Origin: an uncultured delta proteobacterium
Lineage (GTDB): Bacteria; Myxococcota_A; UBA9160; SMWR01
Assembly (NCBI GenBank): GCA_963832165.1
Contig: CAWHTE010000003.1
Coordinates: 448,001 to 512,000 of the forward strand
Length of the DNA: 64,000 bases
Direction of reading: 5' to 3'
Of the stretch, positions 39,601-47,933 are shown in pieces. The position numbers were made by a program, and so were the translations under genes. The notes below the pieces were generated by a model. The model saw nothing but the letters and a program-made list of their open reading frames with translations. It was not told the origin of the DNA and did no database searches. The number at the start of each line of letters is the position of its first letter. The first letter of the stretch is position 1.

Positions 39601-40734
39601 GAAGCTCTCCTCGGTGCCGTGGGATCCGGTCGAGACCTCGAGGTAGGTGTCCGTGGCACCGGTGTAGCCACTTGCACCCTGCTGGAACGTGACCTGGTTG
39701 GGCGTGTTGGGGAAGCCGCCGTTCATGTCGTAGGGAAGCGTGAACTGACTGCCCGAGTCGGTCTCGAACGCGTTCAACGTCGGTGAGTAGGTGCGGACCG
39801 AGATGAGGTTGTTGGCGGGCTGGAACTCGAGGATGCGCAGCCAGCCGTCGCCGCCGTTGGTGCGGCCCTGATAGTCCGAGAGCAGCGTGTGGACGGTGTT
39901 TCCGTTGAAGGTGTCGGAACGCCGGCTTTCGGAAGAAACGTGCCCACCGAGGATCAGGAAGAGATTCGGATGGTGCTTGAGACCCTCGTAGAGAGCAGAG
40001 CCCTGGTTGCTGAACAGGGGACTCGCGCCGGAATCCAGCACGTGATGGCTCACGACGATCGCACGGCGCGCGCTGTAGGTCGTGAGGACCTCGTCCGCCC
40101 AGGCAATCACGGCCTGGCGAAGCGCCGTATTCGACGACATGTACTCGATGTGGAGGATGATGAAGTCGTAGCCGTTCGCGCTGAAGAGCTGATAGGTATT
40201 GTCGTGATTGATGCCGAAGTGGCCGCCGAAGTAGCCGCGACAGATCGAGGCGGGACAGAATCGATCGGGGCCGAAGTAGCTGTTGTAGGTGGTGGTGGTC
40301 GTGCCCTGGTCGGGATGGTTCACGTCGTTGACGGTCGGAATGCTCCCGGGAGTGCCGTTCGGGGCCTGATCGTGATTGCCCACGGCCACACCGAACGGGA
40401 TGCCGTCCGGGTAGTCGACGCCGGTGGCCGTCTCGATCGTCTGGAAGGCGAGATCGGCAATGTCGAACTCGCTGATCACGTTGCCGTTCTGAGTGCAGTC
40501 CCCGAGCTCGGTCACGAAGCGGATGTCGAGGACGTCGCGGTTCGCTGCGATCCAGTCGGTCTGCGCCTCGAAGATGCCGAGATGGGCGACGCACGATCCA
40601 CCGCCGGTACAGGTGTAGAACTGCGTGTCGGGCAGCGCGATGACGGTGAAATCATCGGCCTGGCCGCGGGCCGGAGTGGGGGCCCACCCGAACGAGAGTG
40701 CACAGACGAGGCTGAGCAGGGACGAGAACCGCAT
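36697..40734 (-). CDS. Large exported protein: metallophosphoesterase + DNRLRE-like + Cys-rich repeats + 2x LamG + DNRLRE-like + PEP-CTERM
   Basis: Signal peptide; PDTQ, LGD, GNHD, SHH, GGH phosphoesterase motifs; CTxDxC repeats; WHHxAxTxDG and LDEVRVW LamG motifs; LPEPS-TM-RGRWR tail. Confidence 0.88.
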   Translation of the reverse strand: MRFSSLLSLVCALSFGWAPTPARGQADDFTVIALPDTQFYTCTGGGSCVAHLGIFEAQTDWIAANRDVLDIRFVTELGDCTQNGNVISEFDIADLAFQTIETATGVDYPDGIPFGVAVGNHDQAPNGTPGSIPTVNDVNHPDQGTTTTTYNSYFGPDRFCPASICRGYFGGHFGINHDNTYQLFSANGYDFIILHIEYMSSNTALRQAVIAWADEVLTTYSARRAIVVSHHVLDSGASPLFSNQGSALYEGLKHHPNLFLILGGHVSSESRRSDTFNGNTVHTLLSDYQGRTNGGDGWLRILEFQPANNLISVRTYSPTLNAFETDSGSQFTLPYDMNGGFPNTPNQVTFQQGASGYTGATDTYLEVSTGSHGTEESFFWDGSPEKFGLLRFGALFDTEGGPIPQGATITSAILHYVADDNGDTANVHRITIPWTDTIDHAGFGVTPGAQADEDYDSALVGQASGSAPGDTRTPHTLDVTGSVAAWSAAPSTNQGWIFVPTGPSGAGIRTGEYAPDPADRPMLAVSYLANACTVDEDCADADICTTDACVDGLCVNNAINGCCEADVDCADANTCTADSCNLGTNTCENIAPVGCCVTNNDCNDTDSCTLDACIQPNLAALTLDGTGDWVTFGDDSTHTELGLAQFTVETWFRRTGTGDTASTGTGGVVAVPLVAKGRGEADGTNQDANYFLGISDAAGGVLVADFEHTGPSPNNHPVTGATPITNNVWHHAAVTFDGSSFRLYLNGVLDGTPVATSTVPRSDSIQPFSIGTSMTSLNAADGAFQGQLDEVRVWARALSASEIAAGMHQPISGNVDLRGRWGLDEGTGATAADSVNGNNGTLAGNAGWTATNLVSMGNGSCQSTVDPSCCSDDADCDDGNLCTEDVCHDVPITGVLDFDGTNDHVTRPEPSTLGSNTFTIEGWIYWDGGGATASSGSGGVTGVPIIAKGFGEGDDPVNGTNIDANYFLGIANTTNVLAADFEAAVDSSNHPVHGTTPITTGVWHHVAATYDGNAWNLYLDGRFEATSVVGLVPRGDSIQHFGIGAAFNSTGVPAGAFNGQIHDVRVWDHARSQAEIQAEMHMTIIEATGLLGSFVLDEGAGTTAYDATGNSNDANIVGAVWTTGTNSCVDGLDVCTTESFQLGEGGYAGSVDTYIEVSTGAHGGEDHLFWDNDPQKFTLLRFEDLFTSEGGPIPDNAQIGSAELTYVLDDNGNPGNVHEVLIDWDGNTDYAGFGALAGAQAGDDYVATALPAQAPGTLVGTETAYTLDVTSSIVAWQANPASNKGWIIVPTGVSGVGIRSAEHATSGHRPKLTVHCLPEPSATLLLACGVLAVAGLARGRWRSIT

Positions 40735-40765
40735 CGGCACCTTCCGGCACCCACCCACGACCTCG

Positions 40766-40805
40766 CATTATGTGTCACCTCGAGCGCTCCAGGATTCACA
40801 TAATG
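40766..40805. promoter_or_regulatory. Imperfect 40-bp palindrome in the divergent intergenic region of two PEP-CTERM genes
   Basis: cattatgtg (40766-40774) / cacataatg (40797-40805) with inner cct.gag/ctc.agg pairing. Confidence 0.45.
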
Positions 40806-40944
40806 TGTTGGTGCACCTCGATCTCGATTAACACGCGTTCTGTCGCGACGAGTTCTGCGGAAGGGCCCCCGGACAGAAAAACTTCGCAGACCTAAGGGGT
40901 TGCCGTGTGCGGTTGCCGCCGGGGCCGACTCCGCGAGGATCTTG

Positions 40945-42849
40945 ATGATGCAGCTCGGATACCGTGATCGTCTGTCCGGCTCCATGGCCCGCCTCGGGCT
41001 CGCGGCTTGCGCCGCGCTCGTTCTCGTCCCGCTGGCGGCGCTCGCAGTCGACCCGCCGACGCCCCTCGTTCACTACGACTTCAACGAGACCGGCAACGCA
41101 CCCGGCAGCAGTGGCAGCGAGAGGCGCCCGCTCAAGATGCGCAACGACGCGGGTACCACGCTCGACTTCCACTCCGCCGACGGAGACGGAGTGAGCGGCA
41201 AGCCGGGCGATCGCGCGTTCGAGAATTTCGGAGCGTCCGACCACGGTTCGGTTGCGAGCGCGGCCACGAACGGATTCCGAGCCGACCAGAGCGACAACCC
41301 CGCCCTGGACGGGCTCGCGCAGTTTACGATCTCGGGATGGTTTCGAACCGAGACGACGAGCACTCTCGCCGGAAAGACGCCGAGAGTCGTGATCAATCAC
41401 GACAGCGAGGCTGGATCTTCCGGCGACGGCTTCAACCTCCAGTTCTTTGGTGATACCGACGGCGACCTCAAGCTCGAGGTCGACGACGACACCGGCGGCG
41501 GAGTCAATACCACCGGCGCGCGCTACGCGGCCAAGCAGACCTGGGTGTTCTTCGCAGTCAGCTACGACGGCAACGCGACCACCAACAACGTCAACTTCTA
41601 CGTCGGCTTCCGAAACGACGCGGAGGCGGGCGGCGGCCCGGGCTCGGCGGACGTGGCCCTCGTGACCACGACCTCGCTCAACCGGGGCCCGGTCGACGGC
41701 GAGAGCGTGGGGTTGAGCGTCGGCAACCGTCCGGCGGGGGATCGCCCGTTCGACGGCCAGCTGGACGAGATCCGCATCGACGCCGCGCTGCTCGACGCGG
41801 CGACGCTCGAGACCGTGCGCGAAGGTGCGCTCGTGGATCCATCGCCGAGCGGATTGGTTCTCGTCGATACGAACAACGTCGGCACGCAGGTCCTGGATCA
41901 GAACGCCGCGACGGTCACGGTGGACGAGCTGAGTGGCGTCACCTACGACCCGGATCAAGACGTGTTCTGGGCGATCGGGGACAGTGGTGGGCGGCTGCTC
42001 AAGATCGAAGCCGACTTCGATTGCGATGGCTTCATCGTCAATGCCACTGCCGTCTCGGCCGTGACGCTCGCCGACAATCTGGACTTCGAGGGTGTGGCCT
42101 ACAGCGGAGCCGGCTCGAACCGCGCCTTCATCTGCGACGAGGGGACCAGCTCGCTGAGCGAGTACGCGCTCTCCGACGGCACCTTCGTCCAGGGCGCGAC
42201 CGTTCCCGCCGTGTTCGACAACGCGCGATTCAATCGCAGCTTCGAGGGGCTCGCGCGATCGTCGAGTGGCGAGATGATCGTCGGCGTCGAGCAGGCGTTG
42301 ACCGTCGACGGCCCGGCCGGGACCTCGAGCACGGTACCGACGATCTCCCGCTGGCAGCGCTACGACGCCGCGCTGGGTCTCGACGGTCAGGTCGCCTATC
42401 AGGTCGAGCCCGCGCACGACACTCCGGTCGGCGAGACCGGCAGCGGTGTCTCGGACATCCTCTTCACGCTGGAAGACTCCCTGCTCGTCATCGAGCGCTC
42501 CGAGGCGAACGGCGAGTTTCTGGCGCGGATCTTCGAGGTCGACCTCTCGAACGCGACCGACGTGAGTCAGGGAAGCCTCGGCGCCGGACTGATCGGCGGC
42601 AGCTACACGCCGGTAGCCAAGAGGCTCGTGCTCTCGGACGACCGGCTCGGAAAGATCGAGGGGCTGGCCGCGAAGACTGTCGAATGTGGTGCCGAGGACG
42701 TCCAGGTCCTGCTCGGCGTCCAGGACGACACGGGCACGAACATCATCAGCAGCTTCGTTCGCGTCGTGCCGGAGCCCGGGTCAGCAGTGCAGCTCGTCGC
42801 CGGCACGCTCGCGCTCCTCGCGCTGGGCGGGCGGTCGCGGCGTAGCTGA
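40945..42849 (+). CDS. Exported LamG-like + phytase/esterase-like beta-propeller protein with PEP-CTERM tail
   Basis: Signal peptide; FTISGWF, WVFFAVSYDG, GQLDEIRI; ELSG, DFEGVA, NRSFEGLA, KIEGLA; VPEPGS-TM-RSRRS. Confidence 0.82.
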   Translation: MMQLGYRDRLSGSMARLGLAACAALVLVPLAALAVDPPTPLVHYDFNETGNAPGSSGSERRPLKMRNDAGTTLDFHSADGDGVSGKPGDRAFENFGASDHGSVASAATNGFRADQSDNPALDGLAQFTISGWFRTETTSTLAGKTPRVVINHDSEAGSSGDGFNLQFFGDTDGDLKLEVDDDTGGGVNTTGARYAAKQTWVFFAVSYDGNATTNNVNFYVGFRNDAEAGGGPGSADVALVTTTSLNRGPVDGESVGLSVGNRPAGDRPFDGQLDEIRIDAALLDAATLETVREGALVDPSPSGLVLVDTNNVGTQVLDQNAATVTVDELSGVTYDPDQDVFWAIGDSGGRLLKIEADFDCDGFIVNATAVSAVTLADNLDFEGVAYSGAGSNRAFICDEGTSSLSEYALSDGTFVQGATVPAVFDNARFNRSFEGLARSSSGEMIVGVEQALTVDGPAGTSSTVPTISRWQRYDAALGLDGQVAYQVEPAHDTPVGETGSGVSDILFTLEDSLLVIERSEANGEFLARIFEVDLSNATDVSQGSLGAGLIGGSYTPVAKRLVLSDDRLGKIEGLAAKTVECGAEDVQVLLGVQDDTGTNIISSFVRVVPEPGSAVQLVAGTLALLALGGRSRRS

Positions 42850-42855
42850 CGCGTT

Positions 42856-44106
42856 CTAACCGTCGTCCTGTGAATCCGTCCAGCGCCGGAACACGAGCGA
42901 GGTGTTCACGCCGCCGAAAGCGAAGTTGTTGGAGACGATGATCTCCGCGGCGAGCTCGCGCGGCGCGCCGATCACGTAGTCGAGCGCTGCGCAGCGCGGG
43001 TCGGGGTGCTCGAGATTGTGGGTCGGCGCGACCCAGCCCTCGCGCAGCATCTCGAGGCTGATCCAGGCCTCGAGCGCGCCGCACGCGCCGAGCGTGTGCC
43101 CCATGTGGCCCTTCAGCGTGGAGACGGGAACGCGCGGGCCATACGCGCGCATCGTGGCCTCGCTCTCCGCGATGTCGCCCACCTCGGTACCCGTGCCGTG
43201 CGCGTTCACGTAGTCGATCGCGCCCGCGTCGAGACCCGCATCGGCGAGCGCGAGTCGCATCACCTGCTCCATGCCCTCCGGGCTCGGGTTGGTCATGTGC
43301 AGCCCATCGCAGTTGGTGCCGTAACCGAGCACCTCCGCGACGATCCGCGCGCCGCGCGCGCGCGCGAACTCGAGCTCCTCGAGCACGAGCGAGCCGGCTC
43401 CCTCGGCCACCACCACGCCGTCGCGTTCGGCGTCGAACGGGCGCGGCGTGCACTGTGGCTCGTCGTTGCGCGTGGAAGCGGCGAGCAGGATGTCGAAGAT
43501 CGCGCCGTCGATGCCGTCGATCTCCTCGGCGCCGCCTGCGACCATCACGTCCTGGCGCCCGAACCGGATCGCCTCGTACGCGTAGCCGATCCCCTGGCTG
43601 CCCGAGGTGCACGCGCTCGTTGTGGGGATGATCCGGCCGCGCAATCCGAAGAACTGCGCGATGTTCGCGGCGTTCGTGTGGCTCATGAAGCGGATGAAGT
43701 CGCTGCCGCGAATGCCGCTCGTGGTCTGCTTGCCGTAGAACTGGCGAGCGTATACCTCGAGCGCGCGCGGGCTGCCCTGGGTGCAGCCATACGCGACGCC
43801 GGTGCGTCCGTCGCCGAGCGCGGGGTGTCCGACCAGGCCCGCATCCGCGAGCGCGAGCTCGGTCGCGCGCGTCGCGAGCAGCGAGTCGCGCCCCATGCTG
43901 CGCGTCTTGTGGCGCGGCCAGTCGTCGGGCGCAGTGAAGTCCGGCACCGGCGCCGCGACGCGCGTGCGCAGACCCGCGATTCCGTCCCAGGCGTCCATGC
44001 GCACGACGCCGGACCGGCCCGCCATCAGGCTCTCGCGCACGGCCTTCCAGCCGCTCCCGATCGGGGCGATACCCGACATCCCCGTGACCACCACGCGTCG
44101 GCTCAT
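42856..44106 (-). CDS. Beta-ketoacyl-ACP synthase (FabF-like, aryl-polyene-cluster type)
   Basis: MSRRVVVTGM, TSACTSGSQ, YVNAHGTGT, KGHMGHTLGACG, SNNFAFGG. Confidence 0.93.
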   Translation of the reverse strand: MSRRVVVTGMSGIAPIGSGWKAVRESLMAGRSGVVRMDAWDGIAGLRTRVAAPVPDFTAPDDWPRHKTRSMGRDSLLATRATELALADAGLVGHPALGDGRTGVAYGCTQGSPRALEVYARQFYGKQTTSGIRGSDFIRFMSHTNAANIAQFFGLRGRIIPTTSACTSGSQGIGYAYEAIRFGRQDVMVAGGAEEIDGIDGAIFDILLAASTRNDEPQCTPRPFDAERDGVVVAEGAGSLVLEELEFARARGARIVAEVLGYGTNCDGLHMTNPSPEGMEQVMRLALADAGLDAGAIDYVNAHGTGTEVGDIAESEATMRAYGPRVPVSTLKGHMGHTLGACGALEAWISLEMLREGWVAPTHNLEHPDPRCAALDYVIGAPRELAAEIIVSNNFAFGGVNTSLVFRRWTDSQDDG

Positions 44107-45108
44107 CGCCTCTCCTTCGCGGGGGTCCACGCTTCGCGCGCCTCCGGCTCGCTGCGCGCGGCCTCCGGCCGCTTGCTCTCCGCCCACACGTCGTAGAAGT
44201 TGAACCATTGGTAGGGCGCCTGCAGCAGGTAGTGCTCGAGGCGCCCCGCATAGGCGGCCGCGAGCTCGCGGAGGCGCTTCGTCGCGCTCGTTTCGGCCGA
44301 AGTCCACCTGCTCCGCGAGCACTTCCGCGAACACGCGGTAGCGCGGACCCGGGCCGCGCAGCGCGACCATGAAGAAGAGCGGGCAGTCGAGCAGACCCGC
44401 GAGCAGGTACGGCGCCTCGGGCAGCTCGATGCGACCGCCGAGCAGGGTCACCGCGCGGGTGCGCCCGCGCTCGGCCGGCTCGACGCGGTCGCCCAGCATG
44501 GCCACGAGCTCGCCGCGCTCGATGCAGGCTCGGATCTGCAGCACGGTACCCATCGAGTCGCGTTCCACCTGGATCACGCGCAGCTGCACGTCGGGCGAGA
44601 GCGCGCGGAACACCGCATTGATGCGCGGCGCGTGCTCGGTGTACATGAGCACGTTGACGGTGCGGCGATCGCGCTCGGCGAGCGCGCGCAGCGCGTCGAA
44701 GCTGCCGAGGTGGGCGCCCACGACGATCGCGCCGCGCGAGGGTTGGAGCAGACGGTCGAAGTGCTCGCGCCCGAACACCTCGAACGCGAGATGGCGCTCG
44801 CGCCCGAACCAGAGCTCGAGCCGGTCGAAGATCGAGAGCGCGAACGCCCGGAAGTGCAGGAAGCTCGTCCATGTGCCGGGCGCGCGTCCGAGCGCGCGCG
44901 CGCCATCGGGTGAAGCCGCCACGCGATGCAGGTACGCGAGCGACGCGCGGCGCTGTACGCGTCCGGTCAGGAAGAAGTAGGCGACGATCGCGTGCACGAG
45001 CACGAGCGAGAGCGGCCGCCCGAACCAGCGGTAGCAGGCCACCGTGATGCGCAGGCCGAGCATCGAGCCGCGCTCGGCGGCGCGCGTCCAGTTCGTGTGT
45101 CCGCTCAC
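44103..45108 (-). CDS. LpxL/HtrB-like lipid acyltransferase (one frameshift at about 44282)
   Basis: ERGS, GAHLGSFD, MLGDR; shifted frame continues RLEHYLLQAPYQWFNFYDVW and ends with an ATGA overlap on the KS gene. Confidence 0.85.
44132..44176 (-). repeat. REP-like GNA-triloop palindromic repeat, copy 2 (in-frame in the 3' end of the acyltransferase gene)
   Basis: Reverse complement gcaag-cggccGGAggccg-cgcgcagcgag-ccGGAgg-cgcgcgaag matches the layout of 5005-5051. Confidence 0.6.
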
Positions 45109-45575
45109 GCCGAAGGCCCTTCTGGGAAGAAGCGCCGCATCAGCGGGTCGACCCAGGCGCCCGTGAAGTGATGGAACCGCCACGACCGCACCAACCACTC
45201 CGCGCCGAACAAGAGCGCCATGAGCAGATAGGAGATGAATCCCGTGTAGAGCGTCCAGAGCCATAGCTCCGCGAACCACGCGAGCCCGAAGCAGACCGCA
45301 GCGTTCGCGGCGAAGAACGCGCACCACACCGCGGTCGTGGTGCGGCAGTGGCGCACCTGCGCCGCGGACAGATCCGGCTCGCGCAGCCGCGCGAGCTGCT
45401 CGACGAGGGTCGGGCCACTGCGCAGCGTGCGGCCGAATGCGAACAGGAGGCCCAGGTTGATCAACACGGGCACGAGCAGCAGCGCGCGCGCGTCCCAGCG
45501 CGGCTCGAGCCAGCGCAGGAATGCGAATACCGCGAACGGATAGGCGACCGCCGAGAGGCCGCGTACGAGCTTCAT
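45105..45575 (-). CDS. Membrane protein of aryl-polyene/xanthomonadin clusters (COG4648-like)
   Basis: PVLIN..LLFAFGRTL, LVEQLAR, T.VW..FF..N, WTLYTG.ISY.L...LF..E. Confidence 0.75.
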   Translation of the reverse strand: MKLVRGLSAVAYPFAVFAFLRWLEPRWDARALLLVPVLINLGLLFAFGRTLRSGPTLVEQLARLREPDLSAAQVRHCRTTTAVWCAFFAANAAVCFGLAWFAELWLWTLYTGFISYLLMALLFGAEWLVRSWRFHHFTGAWVDPLMRRFFPEGPSA

Positions 45576-45859
45576 CACCCGCCGGCGGCGCTCCGCGCAA
45601 ACGCAGCCCGGATCGCATCGACCGCGTCGGCCACGGTGCGCACCGATTTGAGGTCCTCCTCGTCGAGCTTGATCCCGCGCTCCTCCTCGAGCGAGACAGC
45701 CAGGTCGACCAGGTCGATGCTGTCGAGGTCGAGATCGTCGATCAGGTGCTTGGAGAGCTCGATCTCGGAGGGCTCGAGGCCGAACTCGGCCTGCATCGTC
45801 GAGCGGAGCACGGCGAGGACGTCCTCGCTCGTGGGCGTGGCGGTGGCGGGCGACGGCAC
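45575..45859 (-). CDS. Acyl carrier protein
   Basis: DLDLDSIDLVDL phosphopantetheine motif; acidic, 94 aa. Confidence 0.92.
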   Translation of the reverse strand: MPSPATATPTSEDVLAVLRSTMQAEFGLEPSEIELSKHLIDDLDLDSIDLVDLAVSLEEERGIKLDEEDLKSVRTVADAVDAIRAAFARSAAGG

Positions 45860-45873
45860 GGGCCAAAATTACC

Positions 45874-46614
45874 TCAAGGATCGGACCGCAGCAGCGAGGT
45901 GAGGGCGCGGCCCGCCGCGATCAGCGCGAGCCGCGTGTGGAGCCACGCGATGCGCGCGGTGTCGCGCACGACGTGGAAGTGGGACACGCCGCCCTCGGCC
46001 GCGGACAGGTAGCGCACGCGCGTGGGCAGGTTGCGCACCGGGGTACCGGCCCAGACCATCCGCACGGGCAGCTCGAGGTCGAACTCCATGTGGTCGCCGC
46101 GCGCGCGCGCTGCGAGCGCGGCCGCGAGCGGATACACGCGAAACCCGCACTGGGGGTCGGTAATGGCGCGGCTGCCCGTCTCGACGCTGACCCAGAAGAT
46201 GCTGAGCTGACGCGCGAACGCGCGCGCGCGCGGCTGGCTCGCGTCGAACACGGGACGGCCCAGGATCAGCGCCTCGGGGTGGGCGCGTGCCTCGGCGAGG
46301 AAGCGCGGCACGTCCCCGAGGTCGTGCTGGCCGTCGGCGTCGACCTGGAGCACATGGGTCGCGCCGAGACGCTGCGCCGCCGCGAAGCCCGTCTTGACCG
46401 CCGCGCCCTTGCCGCCGTTGTGCGCGCGCCGCTCCACCCGGGCGAGGCCCGAGCTCTCGATCTTGTCCACGGCCGCGCGCCCCGCGGCGCCACTGCCGTC
46501 GTCGACCACGACCACGTCCGAGACGTGGGCGCGCACCCCCTCGACCACCGCCCGCACGGTCGCGGGGTTGTCGTAGGTCGGGATCACCGCGCAGACGCGA
46601 AACGGCAGGGTCAC
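45874..46614 (-). CDS. Glycosyltransferase family 2
   Basis: VIPTYDN, VVDDGS, NGGKGAA, VDADGQH, DPQCGFRVYP. Confidence 0.92.
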   Translation of the reverse strand: MTLPFRVCAVIPTYDNPATVRAVVEGVRAHVSDVVVVDDGSGAAGRAAVDKIESSGLARVERRAHNGGKGAAVKTGFAAAQRLGATHVLQVDADGQHDLGDVPRFLAEARAHPEALILGRPVFDASQPRARAFARQLSIFWVSVETGSRAITDPQCGFRVYPLAAALAARARGDHMEFDLELPVRMVWAGTPVRNLPTRVRYLSAAEGGVSHFHVVRDTARIAWLHTRLALIAAGRALTSLLRSDP

Positions 46615-47902
46615 GCGCTTGCGCCGGTCCGCTCGTTCGCGCGGCGTTGCCGCCGTGCGAGCCAGAGCAGCATCCCGATCGCGGGCCACACGCGCCAGGT
46701 GAGGTGTCACCGACCCCGCCAGCACCGAGACGATCTCGCGCCGCAGCCATGCAACGCCGGGACGGCCGTGAGGCGGGCGCAGGAACACCTCGCGGAACGC
46801 CGGGTCGTACCAGGCGTAGATGAAGCGGGCGTAGACGCCGAGCTGTGCGCGGCTCTCGCGCGCATAGCGCGCGAAGTCGCGCGCCACGGGCAGTCGGCCC
46901 GCCGCGAGCGCGCGCGTGGCCGCGAGGCTCGCGCGCTCGGCCCCCGTCATCGCGAGGTGCACCCCGGACGAGAACACGGGATCGAGGAATGCGCCCGCAT
47001 CGCCGATCGCGACCCAGCCGTCCCCTGCGAGCTCGCGCAGGCGGTACTGGAAGTCGGCGGTGGCCTCGACGGGGCGCGTCTGGGGCGCACCGCGCAGCCG
47101 CCGCGCGACCGCGGGCACCTGCTCTAGCACCTCGCTCCAGATCGCGTCGTGGTCGGCGCCCGCAACGGCGCCGCGTTCGGTACCAGTCGCGGTCGAGCAC
47201 GGCGCCCACCGAGGCGCCGCCGTCGGCGAACGGGATCAGCCACATCCAGCCGAACGCAGTGGCGACCACCGCGATCGTGCCCGCGTCCTCGCCAGTCGAG
47301 CGGATCGCATCGCCGTAGTGGCAGTAGAGCGCCACGCGGTGGAGCTTCGGGTCGCGCTGGCGAAGCGCGAGCTGTGCGCCGATCGCGGTGGCACGCCCCG
47401 AGCAGTCGGCGACGAGCCGCGCGCGCACGCGCGTGCGCGCGCCGTCGGGCCCTCGCAGCACCACACCCGTGGCGCGCGCGTCCGCGAAGATCACCTCCTC
47501 GACGAGCGTCCCGTCGCGCGCCTCGACACCGGTCTCGAGCGCGGCGTCCCAGAGGATCTGGTCGAAATCCGCACGCCGCACCTCGTAGGAGTGGTCGGCG
47601 ATCCAGCGGCTCGCGTTGGGGAAGTGCGAGTACTCGGGCTGGTCGCCGTCCGCGAAGCAGAAGTAGGCGCCGTACTTGCGCACGAATCCGGCCTTCTCGA
47701 AGCGCTCCGCCACGCCCAGGCGCTGCCAGAGCGGCATCGTCGCGGGCAGCAGGCTCTCTCCGACGGAGAAGCGCGGGTGGCGCGAGCGCTCGACCAGCAG
47801 CACCTCGTGCCCCGCGCGCCGCATCAGGTGGGCAAACGTGGTGCCGGCGGGGCCGCCGCCGATCACCACGGCGTCATACTGCTCGCGAAGGGCCCGCGTC
47901 AC
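46611..47902 (-). CDS. Flavin-dependent halogenase-like oxidoreductase (frameshifts at about 47163 and 46700)
   Basis: GGGPAG, PRFSVGESL, F.RKYG, GWMWLIP, GDAGAFLDPVFSSGV; the corrected C-terminus ends with a GTGA overlap on the GT2 gene. Confidence 0.82.
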
Positions 47903-47933
47903 GGGGGCATTCTAGTCGATAGACTTCGCGACG

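Noticed and set aside
33717..39786. Two ~1000-aa plus-strand ORFs (33717-36704, 36790-39786)
   Set aside because: Antisense mirrors of the PEP-CTERM genes with no recognisable motifs.
42856..45618. 920-aa ORF suggesting an acyltransferase-ketosynthase fusion
   Set aside because: Created by a frameshift at about 44282; the acyltransferase C-terminus (QWFNFYDVW) is in another frame and ends in an ATGA overlap with the KS start.
45874..47130. ORF suggesting a halogenase-glycosyltransferase fusion
   Set aside because: A frameshift near 46700 explains it; the alternative frame ends at a GTGA overlap with the GT2 start.
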